Part shown: one piece after another, positions 20,513 through 30,636 of the stretch
How positions within the stretch are numbered: the stretch's first letter is position 1
Layout of the letters: each line of letters begins with the position of its first letter
Assembly (NCBI GenBank): GCA_963667175.2
Contig: CAXXXF010000014.1
Coordinates: forward strand, 192,001 to 256,000
Source of the DNA: Candidatus Latescibacterota bacterium
GTDB lineage: Bacteria > Latescibacterota > UBA2968 > GCA-2709665
Reading direction: 5' to 3'
DNA: 64,000 nucleotides
The notes under the pieces: generated by a model
The model's input: only the letters and a program-made list of their open reading frames with translations
Database searches by the model: none
Told to the model about the DNA's origin: nothing
Translations under genes and position numbers: made by a program

Positions 20513-20980
20513 CTATCGGATTGCCGGATCGCAGCCCTCCAGCGTCGATTCCGCGAATTCCTTCGACTGCTGGTCCCACGCGAACCCGGCCGCGCCCCGT
20601 ACGGCGCCGTCGAACGTGGAGACCACCAGGTACACCACGTCGGGAAAGGCCGGCTGGTCCATGAACATGGCGGCCTGGCGGTCCTCCTCGGAAAAATACG
20701 CGCCGCAGTCGACGTGGGAATGATAGAACGCGACCACCCGTCCGCCCGCCTTCTCCGTTTCCGCGAAAATCCGGTGGACCTCCAGATCGTCCATCCGGTA
20801 GGCGTTTTTCGAGGTACGGGGATGTTCCTCCGGGTTCCGCGCGTGCAGCCGGTCCTGTATGTTCTCGCAGGGATGGGCCTGATAACCGCCGTCCGCCCCT
20901 TCCACGACAATCCCGCAGCATTCGGCAGGATAATCCCTTTCCGCGTGTTCGTGAATCTCTTTCCAGACCGTCCGATCCAA
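20513..20980 (-). CDS. JAB/MPN+ (M67) metallopeptidase, Mec-like
   Basis: YPAECCG and FYHSHVD...FSEED (JAMM motif). Confidence 0.92.
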   Translation of the reverse strand: MDRTVWKEIHEHAERDYPAECCGIVVEGADGGYQAHPCENIQDRLHARNPEEHPRTSKNAYRMDDLEVHRIFAETEKAGGRVVAFYHSHVDCGAYFSEEDRQAAMFMDQPAFPDVVYLVVSTFDGAVRGAAGFAWDQQSKEFAESTLEGCDPAIR

Positions 20981-20992
20981 ATCCGCTCTCCT

Positions 20993-21952
20993 TCAGTCCA
21001 GACGCCAGAGCGGCGTGCTCATGTATTTCTCGCCGCTGTCCGGGAAAAGCGTAACCACCACCCCTTCGCCCGCCTCCTCGGCCACGCGCAATGCCCCCGC
21101 GAAGGCCGCGCCGCACGACTGCCCGGCAGGCACGCCGAGTTCGCGCGTCAGCCGCCTAGCGGCGGCATAGGCGTCTTCGGTCTCGACGCGGATCTTCTGA
21201 TCCCACACCGAAGGGTCGTAAATGCCCGGCACGATGGACACGTCCATATTCTTGAGCCCTTCGATTCCGTGAAACTCGGGCGGCTCCACGGCGATGATCC
21301 GGATGTCGGGGTTGTATTCCTTCAGGCGTCGGCCGGCGCCTATCAACGTGCCGCTGGTGCCGAGTGTCGCCACGAAATGGGTCACGCGGCCGCGCGTCTG
21401 CCGCCAGATTTCCGGCGCGGTCTGCAGATAGTGCGCCCTGGGATTCGACGGGTTGTTGTACTGATCCGGCTTGTAATACCGCTCGGGATTCGCCGCCAGA
21501 ATCTCCCTGCACTTCAGAATGGCGCCGTCGGAGCCCTCCAGCGGATCGCTCAGAACGAGGCCGGCGCCGTAGGCCTGGATCACGTGTCGGCGCTCCACGC
21601 TCACGCTGCCCGGCATCACCAGTTCCACGCGATATCCCAGCGCCGCGCCGATCATCGCGTACGCGATGCCCGTATTGCCGGACGTGGAGTCGATGATCAC
21701 CTTGTCCGGAGTCAACTCCCCGGACGCGACGGCGTCCCGGATCATCTGCAGCGCCGGCCGGTCCTTCACCGATCCGCCGGGGTTGAACATCTCCATTTTC
21801 GCGTAGATCTCAACGCCGTCCAGATGATCCGCGAACTTCCGGATGCGCAACAGCGGCGTCCTGCCGACGTGCTCGACAATGGTCGGCTGAATCCGGGAAC
21901 TGTTCTCTGTCGTCTGCACCTGATATCCCACAGAAGACCTCTTTGGGATCAT
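20993..21952 (-). CDS. cysM: PLP-dependent cysteine synthase (CysM-like); start uncertain (21919-21973)
   Basis: NPGGSVKDR, DSTSGNTG, DQYNNPSN, GTSGT, HGIEGLK, PDSGEKY; clustered with mec and cysO. Confidence 0.85.
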   Translation of the reverse strand: MIPKRSSVGYQVQTTENSSRIQPTIVEHVGRTPLLRIRKFADHLDGVEIYAKMEMFNPGGSVKDRPALQMIRDAVASGELTPDKVIIDSTSGNTGIAYAMIGAALGYRVELVMPGSVSVERRHVIQAYGAGLVLSDPLEGSDGAILKCREILAANPERYYKPDQYNNPSNPRAHYLQTAPEIWRQTRGRVTHFVATLGTSGTLIGAGRRLKEYNPDIRIIAVEPPEFHGIEGLKNMDVSIVPGIYDPSVWDQKIRVETEDAYAAARRLTRELGVPAGQSCGAAFAGALRVAEEAGEGVVVTLFPDSGEKYMSTPLWRLD

Positions 21953-22085
21953 GTCGGAGCGTGAATCCAACACCCGTTCATCGTTGATACCATTTCAGCG
22001 GGTGTGCTATCCCGTAAACTGGCGGAGACAGCCATTGTTACGGAACTCTGCGGCTCAATCAATCCCCTCCGTGCGAATTGGTCCA

Positions 22086-22379
22086 TTAGGCAACGTGTTC
22101 CTGGCGTGCCCGTGCAAGCACGTAACTCGCCTGCATCCGCATCCAGTGATCGGTGGCGCCCCAGCCGATATCCTCCAGCGCAAGCGCCATCTTCGCGGAC
22201 ACCCCCGCCTTGCCGTTCAACACGCGCGATAGCGTACCTCGCTCGCAGCCGAGGCGTACCGCCGTCTCGGAGACGTTCCAGCCGACGTCATCCATGCTCT
22301 CGCGGATCAGTTCGCCCAGGTGCGGTGGGTTCAGCATAGGGCCGACACGATTGCATGTAACATCGTCCATGGCCAGCAT
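22086..22379 (-). CDS. higA: HigA family antitoxin (orphan)
   Basis: MLNPPHLGELIRE...RGTLSRVLNGKAGVSAKMALALE...WMRMQASY. Confidence 0.88.
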   Translation of the reverse strand: MLAMDDVTCNRVGPMLNPPHLGELIRESMDDVGWNVSETAVRLGCERGTLSRVLNGKAGVSAKMALALEDIGWGATDHWMRMQASYVLARARQEHVA

Positions 22380-22386
22380 TTCCTTC

Positions 22387-22430
22387 CGGCCAGTGATAAT
22401 CGATCAGGTTCACAACCACGCTCCGACCAC
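22387..22430 (-). pseudogene. C-terminal remnant of a HigB-type toxin
   Basis: Minus frame reads ...GRSVVVNLIDYH-W directly upstream of higA; HigB proteins typically end in (V/L)xDYH-stop. Confidence 0.55.
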
Positions 22431-22431
22431 G

Positions 22432-22984
22432 TACAAAAATGGCCCCGTGTAATCAAGGAAAGACACTGGCCACACCCCACTAAGATGCCGTTAAACGAGG
22501 GGTCACGCTCTCCGCGATCTCACGACCCGCCTCGATCTCCGCCCTTCTGAGTTCCCACGTCTTTTGCAGGTTGAGCCATAGCTGCGGCGTCGTGCCGAAG
22601 TAACGCGCCAGTCGCAATGCCGTATCCGCGCTCACCCCTCGCTGGCAGTTCAGTATCATCGCAATTCGGCTCACGGGCACTCCCAGCGCCTTCGACAAGG
22701 CGTTGGCCGACAGCCCGAGCACGTCGAGTTCCTCGCGGAGTATCTCACCCGGATGAACCGGTCTCATTCCATTCTTCGTGCTCATGTCCGCATCATGCGC
22801 GCCGACAGTATCCTCTTTTAGGGCCTCCATAAATCCATCTCGCCCTTCGATCCTAAGCCGTGATTGCGATAGTATCGCCGCCGCCGCGCCCGACATGGCC
22901 CGACGATGAACTACCGCTCAAGCTAACCGCCGTGTACGACGGTTGGTTTTCACCCCTCCATTACCTACAAAAATGGCCCCGTGT
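22432..22984. repeat. 19-bp direct repeat TACAAAAATGGCCCCGTGT (22432-22450 and 22966-22984), each the 3' arm of a minus-strand terminator-like hairpin
   Basis: Exact duplication; each copy is preceded on the minus strand by a complementary arm and followed by T5. Confidence 0.7.
22480..22785 (-). CDS. higA: HigA family antitoxin (orphan)
   Basis: MRPVHPGEILREE...ADTALRLARYFGTTPQLWLNLQ. Confidence 0.92.
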   Translation of the reverse strand: MSTKNGMRPVHPGEILREELDVLGLSANALSKALGVPVSRIAMILNCQRGVSADTALRLARYFGTTPQLWLNLQKTWELRRAEIEAGREIAESVTPRLTAS

Positions 22985-23062
22985 TGCCAGGGACCAAGCA
23001 GCAGAAAACAATATATGGTGACGACCGGCTTTGTCAAGCGCAAACGGCGGAAGGCGGGGAAC

Positions 23063-23150
23063 AGCTATCAGCCGTCAGCATTCAGCCGTCAGCTTGAATC
23101 AAAGACCGTTGACGTCTGCGCCCTGAAACGACAGGCACCGAATGGGCGCG
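23063..23150 (+). repeat. Heptamer (TCAGCCG-type) tandem-repeat element, copy 1
   Basis: AGCTATCAGCCGTCAGCATTCAGCCGTCAGCTTGAATCAAAGA...GTCTGCGCC; homologs at 32566-32740, 45964-46060 and inverted at 60960-61003. Confidence 0.7.
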
Positions 23151-23237
23151 TCGAGGGCAGGACCTGCCTGCCGAGCAGGTCTCGGCCTGTCTGCCGCTCC
23201 AACGGGACAGGCAGGCGCAGGCAGGTGCCCTCGCTCC
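23145..23237 (+). repeat. ~93-bp composite direct repeat (REP-like hairpin carrying nested CCTG/CAGG elements), left copy
   Basis: Identical to 24310-24402 except one mismatch. Confidence 0.9.
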
Positions 23238-23317
23238 CGGGGAAACGAGGAGACGGAAGAGGGACACACAATGGCCCCCGGAAACGATGTGGCATCGAAG
23301 CCACTTGCTGGCATTTC

Positions 23318-23352
23318 AAAAAAAAATAACCGGGCCCTGAGGAGCCCGGTTT
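23318..23352 (-). terminator. Intrinsic terminator of the SLATT/polyproline cassette
   Basis: Minus strand AACCGGGC-TCCTCAGG-GCCCGGTT followed by A and T9. Confidence 0.8.
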
Positions 23353-23357
23353 TGTCG

Positions 23358-23537
23358 TTATTCATTATGTTCCCCTGGTGGAGGCGGCGGTGGAGGTGGT
23401 GGAGGGGGTGGCGGCGGTGGATCCGATTCGCTCGGCCTGTGCGGCCTGATTGATCTCTCCTGTGGCGCCCGTGGACGCGGCGGCTGAGATGGCCGCCCTC
23501 CGGGATCGCGTCTGTTCACTTCCGCTCCCTCGTTCAT
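23358..23537 (-). CDS. Small proline-rich protein (59 aa, 15 consecutive Pro)
   Basis: MNEGAEVNRRDPGGRPSQPPRPRAPQERSIRPHRPSESD-P15-GEHNE; ATGA overlap with the upstream stop; all four Pro codons used; lies just before the terminator; absent from the ORF track. Confidence 0.6.
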   Translation of the reverse strand: MNEGAEVNRRDPGGRPSQPPRPRAPQERSIRPHRPSESDPPPPPPPPPPPPPPPGEHNE

Positions 23538-24037
23538 GCGTATAATCTTGCAATCTCCCGATCGGCGATATCAGTACACTTCTTGTTGATTTTTTCGTTG
23601 TGTCCGATGTCAGCATACCCAATTGCATCTGTAATTCGATACCCTTCATCTGACAACTCCCTGACTGCCTCCAACGCTTCATTATCCTCCAGTGTGCCGG
23701 TCTGAATGTCGGACCAAAGAGTTTCATATTTCGTTTTCAGATAGGAACATTGCATACCTACGTTGTTTAGAAGCGCAACCTTTCTCGGAAGGTCAAAATA
23801 CAATCCCAAAATGGAGATGAACACAATAATCGCATTCAGCCCGATTTTCACAAGTGCCGGGAGATGTTCGCCAAATGCAAGAAGCGCAACACCCACCATG
23901 GCCGCGATACCTAAACCACCCATGACAATTCTGTGCCAAATACGATACCGCGTGGAGAGTTCGTCATAGTATCTTTCTGCTGCCGCCGAGCGCAGAAGCC
24001 CTTCCCACGCAATCGACCTTGTCGTTTCTGAAACCAT
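23534..24037 (-). CDS. Two-TM hypothetical protein, SLATT-like effector
   Basis: Helix (AERYYDELSTRY), two TM segments, then a C-terminal helical region (LKTKYETLW); GGAGGT RBS; clearly AT-richer than the flanks. Confidence 0.6.
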   Translation of the reverse strand: MVSETTRSIAWEGLLRSAAAERYYDELSTRYRIWHRIVMGGLGIAAMVGVALLAFGEHLPALVKIGLNAIIVFISILGLYFDLPRKVALLNNVGMQCSYLKTKYETLWSDIQTGTLEDNEALEAVRELSDEGYRITDAIGYADIGHNEKINKKCTDIADREIARLYA

Positions 24038-24090
24038 TGTTCCACCTCCATTTGAGTCAGACCGTGGCTCATGAAAGTAGAATGCAGTCT

Positions 24091-24120
24091 AAATTACCCA
24101 TATGCTGCGTTCGTTGTCAA
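24091..24120 (-). promoter_or_regulatory. sigma70-type promoter of the SLATT-like cassette
   Basis: TTGACA (24120-24115), 18-nt spacer, TAATTT (24096-24091). Confidence 0.6.
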
Positions 24121-24272
24121 GGGTATTGGAGTGACTTTGACACGAATTCATATCCGGGCGAAACATCCCACGTACGAAAGAACGGGGGAAGGCGGGGAGG
24201 CAGCCGTCAGCCAAAAGCGGTTAACGATATGCCCCCCAGCACGGAGGATTTCTGATATCCGCGCCAACAGAC

Positions 24273-24511
24273 GGGCAACCACAAGGGTTGCCCCTACAAA
24301 AACACAGGTGGCGCGTCGAGGGCAGGACCTGCCTGCCGAGCAGGTCTCGGCCTGTCTGCCGCTCCAACGGGACAGGCGGGCGCAGGCAGGTGCCCTCGCT
24401 CCGGGGAGAGCGGGAGACGCAAGCGTTGCCCCTACAGATTCACGTGCGGCGCGAAATGGCCTGCGGCTTCACGGGATTTGCTACAGCGCACAAACTGACA
24501 GTTTGTGCTAC
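24273..24511 (-). repeat. Cluster of GTAG-type REP palindromes
   Basis: GTAGGGGCAACCCTTGTGGTTGCCC (24273-24297), GTAGGGGCAACGCTTGCGTCTCC (~24414-24436), GTAGCACAAACTGTCAGTTTGTGC (24488-24511). Confidence 0.7.
24310..24402 (+). repeat. ~93-bp composite direct repeat, right copy
   Basis: Matches 23145-23237. Confidence 0.9.
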
Positions 24512-24671
24512 GACAGCGATTTTCGGTCGGACCGACAATATTCATGTCCAGCCCTTGCCGCAATCTAGAATCAACGGGTTTCCCGTACAGAAAAACATCG
24601 GCGGAAGCCATGTTCGCTTCCGCCGATGAAGATTCAGTTCGATTAACGTCCGTCTGTCCGCCCGGTCCCGA

Positions 24672-25421
24672 TTATCCCGCCGCGAGTTGACCCTCCACTT
24701 CCGGTATCTCGACCTCCATCAGCGGCGCGTGCATTCCGCATTCCGTTTTGGACATGCCCGCCCAGCGGCCCGCGCGTTCGTCGGCGCCGGGCGCTGCCGG
24801 CTGCGTGCACGGCCAGCAGCCTATGCTGGAATAACCCTGGTCCGTGAGCGAATTGTACGGCAGACCGTTTTCAACGATGTAGTCCCAGACCTGCTTTCGC
24901 GTCCAGGCCGCAAGCGGATTCACCTTGGCGACGGCCCGTCCCCCGCTGGTCCGGTAGGCTTCCACGACGCGTACGCCCGCGCGGGATCCGGATTGATCTC
25001 TCCTGAGACCTGCGATCCAGCCGTTCAGGCCTGCCAGTTTCCGCTGCAGCGGTTCCACCTTGCGCATCGCGCAACAGCGGTCCGGATCCCTGTTGTAAAG
25101 ATCGGGGCCGCAGGCGCGGTCCTGTTCGGACACGCTCAGGCGGGGGCGCAGCGACTCGATTCGGATATTGTAACGCGCCTCGATGCGCTCTTTCAGCGCC
25201 AGCGTTTCAGCGAACAGATATCCGGTGTCGATGGTAAAAACAGGCAGTTTCGGGACCACCCTTTGCGCCATATCAAGAAGTGCGACCCCACTGGGCCCGA
25301 ATGCCGTGCTCATCGCGACGGCGGGACCCAGGTTCCACCAGGCCCACTCCAGGACTTCCTCCGGTTGCGCGCCCTCCAATGCGTCGGCGAACCTGTCGAC
25401 GTCCTGCTGGTCGATACTCAT
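24672..25421 (-). CDS. cysH: Adenylyl/phosphoadenylyl-sulfate reductase, Fe-S (APS reductase) type
   Basis: IDTGYLF, RCCAMRKVEPL, GLRRDQS, SIGCWPCT, ERAGRW, ECGMH. Confidence 0.93.
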   Translation of the reverse strand: MSIDQQDVDRFADALEGAQPEEVLEWAWWNLGPAVAMSTAFGPSGVALLDMAQRVVPKLPVFTIDTGYLFAETLALKERIEARYNIRIESLRPRLSVSEQDRACGPDLYNRDPDRCCAMRKVEPLQRKLAGLNGWIAGLRRDQSGSRAGVRVVEAYRTSGGRAVAKVNPLAAWTRKQVWDYIVENGLPYNSLTDQGYSSIGCWPCTQPAAPGADERAGRWAGMSKTECGMHAPLMEVEIPEVEGQLAAG

Positions 25422-25688
25422 GCAAGTCCTCTGCTGCAGATCCTCTTCCAGCAATATTTATTACATTGTCAATCAAGTTAGTCAAGAATAATGAAAACAT
25501 CTCGCTCTGTCAAGTCATAAATTCAACGATTCATTCGTCCGGAGCGCCGGATTTCGGGAAGAAGACGGTCCGAACCGGCGCGATCGAAGATTGGAATCGC
25601 CTTGACTTTTGAATTACGATATGATAACTTGTAAGACTGAATATTGCTGGCGTTTCGCGAAATCGTGGAACCTTCCGAAACAGGAAAC

Positions 25689-25720
25689 AAAAAAGCCCGA
25701 TCGGTTGCGATCCGGGCCTT
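25689..25720 (-). terminator. Terminator downstream of tRNA-Lys
   Basis: GGCCCGGATCG-CAAC-CGATCGGGC plus T6 on the minus strand. Confidence 0.7.
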
Positions 25721-25755
25721 TATAATAGCAAGTAGTTTATTTTAAGTTAGTTAAA

Positions 25756-25827
25756 TGAGCCCGGAAGGATTTGAACCTTCGACCAACGGCTTAAAAGGCC
25801 GCTGCTCTACCCCTGAGCTACGGGCCC
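25756..25827 (-). tRNA. tRNA-Lys(UUU), CCA not encoded
   Basis: GGGCCCGTAGCTCAGGGGTAGAGCAGCGGC-CTTTTAA-GCCGTTGGTCGAAGGTTCAAATCCTTCCGGGCTCA cloverleaf. Confidence 0.95.
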
Positions 25828-25927
25828 ATTCCGCATCCGGACCACGCTCCAAAAACCGCCGCGCGATCGGGCAAAGTGATGAATATAGACAAGCCGTTCT
25901 CCCCTGTCAAGAAAAAGGGTTTCGGTA

Positions 25928-27163
25928 ATGATGCGCAGGCGACGCAAGCGCCGCGTGCTGAAGTGGATTCTGTGGATCGTGGGCGTGCTGGCGGCTGTAA
26001 TTCTTACGCTCTCGCTTGTTGAAATAGACGACGTGGTCATGGCCCAGGGCATCGTGGAGCCCGGGAAGAAGATCTATGTGGACTCTCCGCTCAAGCGGGT
26101 CATCGAAGCCATCCATTGCGAGGCCGGATCGCACGTAAAGGCCGGTCAGCCGGTGGTCCAGCTCTACAACGGCGACCTCCTGTCCGCGGTCGAAGCGGCC
26201 GGGAAGGAGGTCCAGCGCAGTGAGGCCAATCTGGAACACGCGCGGGCGAACCTGGCGCTCCTGGAGGAAAAACCGACCGCGGAAGCGCTGAAAATTGCGG
26301 AATCCCGGGTCGAGCAGGCACAGATTGCGCTGAAAGCCAGGAAGCAGGAACTGCAACGCGCCGAACACCTCTACCTGGGCGAGCGCCTCTGGAGCGTCGA
26401 GGAACTCGAACGCGCGAAAACCAACCATCAACTCGCGGAAACCAATCTCAAAGTCGCAACCGAGGTCCTCAGCCTCACCCGGCGCGGCGCGTCGCCTTCC
26501 GAACTGCGACAGGCGGCGGCCGAAGTCCGCCAGGCCGACGCGGCGCTCGCGAAAGCCCGCAGCAGCCTCAATGGCGCCCGCGAGAGCCTCGAGCTGACCA
26601 CCATGAGGTCGCCCGTTGACGGTGTTGTGGCCAGGCGGGACCTGCATCCGGGCATGCTGGCCGAACAGGGGCAGATCGTACTCATCATCGCCGGCGAAGG
26701 CGGGGACGACACGATCGACGCCTGGGTTCCCGAAACCAACGCCTGGAAGATCCGCCTCGGACACCCCGTGGAAATCCTCAGCAATCTCTTCACCGACCGC
26801 GAAGAATTCATCGGCGCCGGCGAAATCTCCAGGTTCTACGGATACGCGGTCCACGGCGGCGGCGTCCGCACGTTCGAGTTGGAAATCCGCATTCTCGAAA
26901 CCCCGCTACCACTCAAATACGGCTCCACGGCGGACCTGCGCATTATTGTGGGCAGGCGAAGCATCCTCAAGACCCTCCTCAATATTGAAGACCGAAACGT
27001 GGTCCGGGCCAGTCGCGAGGAATCCCAGAATCCAGGCGGACGAGGCGAAGCACAACCCGTCTCGCCCCGCCAAACCGCGTCAGACACGGTGATCACGGCG
27101 TCATCCGGAAGCGCCACGACGGCCGATAAGGGCCAGGGAACCGCAACGGGACGGAACCCATGA
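25928..27163 (+). CDS. HlyD family periplasmic adaptor / membrane fusion protein
   Basis: N-terminal TM, GSHVKAGQPV lipoyl half, long coiled coil, RSPVDGVV. Confidence 0.85.
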   Translation: MMRRRRKRRVLKWILWIVGVLAAVILTLSLVEIDDVVMAQGIVEPGKKIYVDSPLKRVIEAIHCEAGSHVKAGQPVVQLYNGDLLSAVEAAGKEVQRSEANLEHARANLALLEEKPTAEALKIAESRVEQAQIALKARKQELQRAEHLYLGERLWSVEELERAKTNHQLAETNLKVATEVLSLTRRGASPSELRQAAAEVRQADAALAKARSSLNGARESLELTTMRSPVDGVVARRDLHPGMLAEQGQIVLIIAGEGGDDTIDAWVPETNAWKIRLGHPVEILSNLFTDREEFIGAGEISRFYGYAVHGGGVRTFELEIRILETPLPLKYGSTADLRIIVGRRSILKTLLNIEDRNVVRASREESQNPGGRGEAQPVSPRQTASDTVITASSGSATTADKGQGTATGRNP

Positions 27164-27184
27164 CATTAAAAGACGAGGGAAATC

Positions 27185-29839
<2,655 letters not shown>

Positions 29840-29868
29840 CCGGGACCGCCGCCCGGGGTTTTGCATCC

Positions 29869-30636
29869 ATGCCAAGAATCATTGCCATTGCCAACCAGAA
29901 AGGCGGCGTCGGAAAGACCACAACCGCGGTCAACCTGTCCGCCTGCCTGGCGGCCGCGGAACAGAAGACGCTGCTCGTCGACCTGGATCCGCAGTCCAAT
30001 GCCACCAGCAGCTTTGGCGTGTCCGTGGCGAGTGAGGAACCCTGCATCTACGAGGTACTCGTCCAGGAGGTTCCGCTTTCCGACGTCACCCGGGAAACCG
30101 AGATTCCCTTCCTGAACGTGGCCCCGTCGCATGTGCGTCTCACCGGCGCCGAAGTCGAAATGGTCAACCTCGGCGCCCGGGAACACCGTCTCAGGGTCGC
30201 GCTGGAAGGCGCCGGCGAAAACTACGATTTCCTGTTGATCGACTGTCCGCCCTCCCTGGGCCTGCTGACCCTCAATGCGCTCACCGCTGCCGGCTCCGTC
30301 CTCATTCCCATTCAGTGCGAATACTATGCGCTGGAGGGCGTCGGCAAGCTGTTGAATACGCTGCAGCTGGTCCAGCGCCAACTGAATCCGCCGCTCAGTA
30401 TCGAGGGCGTGCTGCTCACGATGTTCGATACGCGGCTGAATCTCTCCCGGCAGGTTGTGGACGAGGCCCGCCACCACTTCGGAACGCGGGTCTATAACAC
30501 GATCATCGGCAGAAACGTCAAACTCGGCGAGGCGCCGAGTTTCGGCAAGCCCATCATCCTTTACGATATTATGTCTCAAGGGGCGCGGAATTACATGAGC
30601 CTGGCCGGGGAGGTCATCAGTCATGGCAAAGCGTAA
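29869..30636 (+). CDS. parA: Chromosome partitioning ATPase ParA/Soj
   Basis: NQKGGVGKTT, DLDPQSN, IDCPPSLG, QCEYYALEG, EAPSFGKP. Confidence 0.95.
   Translation: MPRIIAIANQKGGVGKTTTAVNLSACLAAAEQKTLLVDLDPQSNATSSFGVSVASEEPCIYEVLVQEVPLSDVTRETEIPFLNVAPSHVRLTGAEVEMVNLGAREHRLRVALEGAGENYDFLLIDCPPSLGLLTLNALTAAGSVLIPIQCEYYALEGVGKLLNTLQLVQRQLNPPLSIEGVLLTMFDTRLNLSRQVVDEARHHFGTRVYNTIIGRNVKLGEAPSFGKPIILYDIMSQGARNYMSLAGEVISHGKA

Noticed and set aside
22921-22950. attC-like AAC...GTTAGC hairpin near higA
   Set aside because: Too short, lacks L boxes, and there is no integron integrase.
23376-23390. CCGCCGCCTCCACCA on the minus strand resembles a tmRNA/tRNA 3' end (att site)
   Set aside because: Fully explained by Pro codons in the polyproline ORF; no T-arm upstream and no integrase nearby.
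23365-23727. 120-aa minus-strand ORF in the track overlapping the SLATT-like gene
   Set aside because: Out-of-frame shadow; the 59-aa ATGA-coupled frame fits the operon structure better.
18508-25827. tRNA-Lys-anchored genomic island spanning cysH to the cys cluster
   Set aside because: I found no duplicate of the tRNA 3' end and no integrase; the cys genes have host-like composition.
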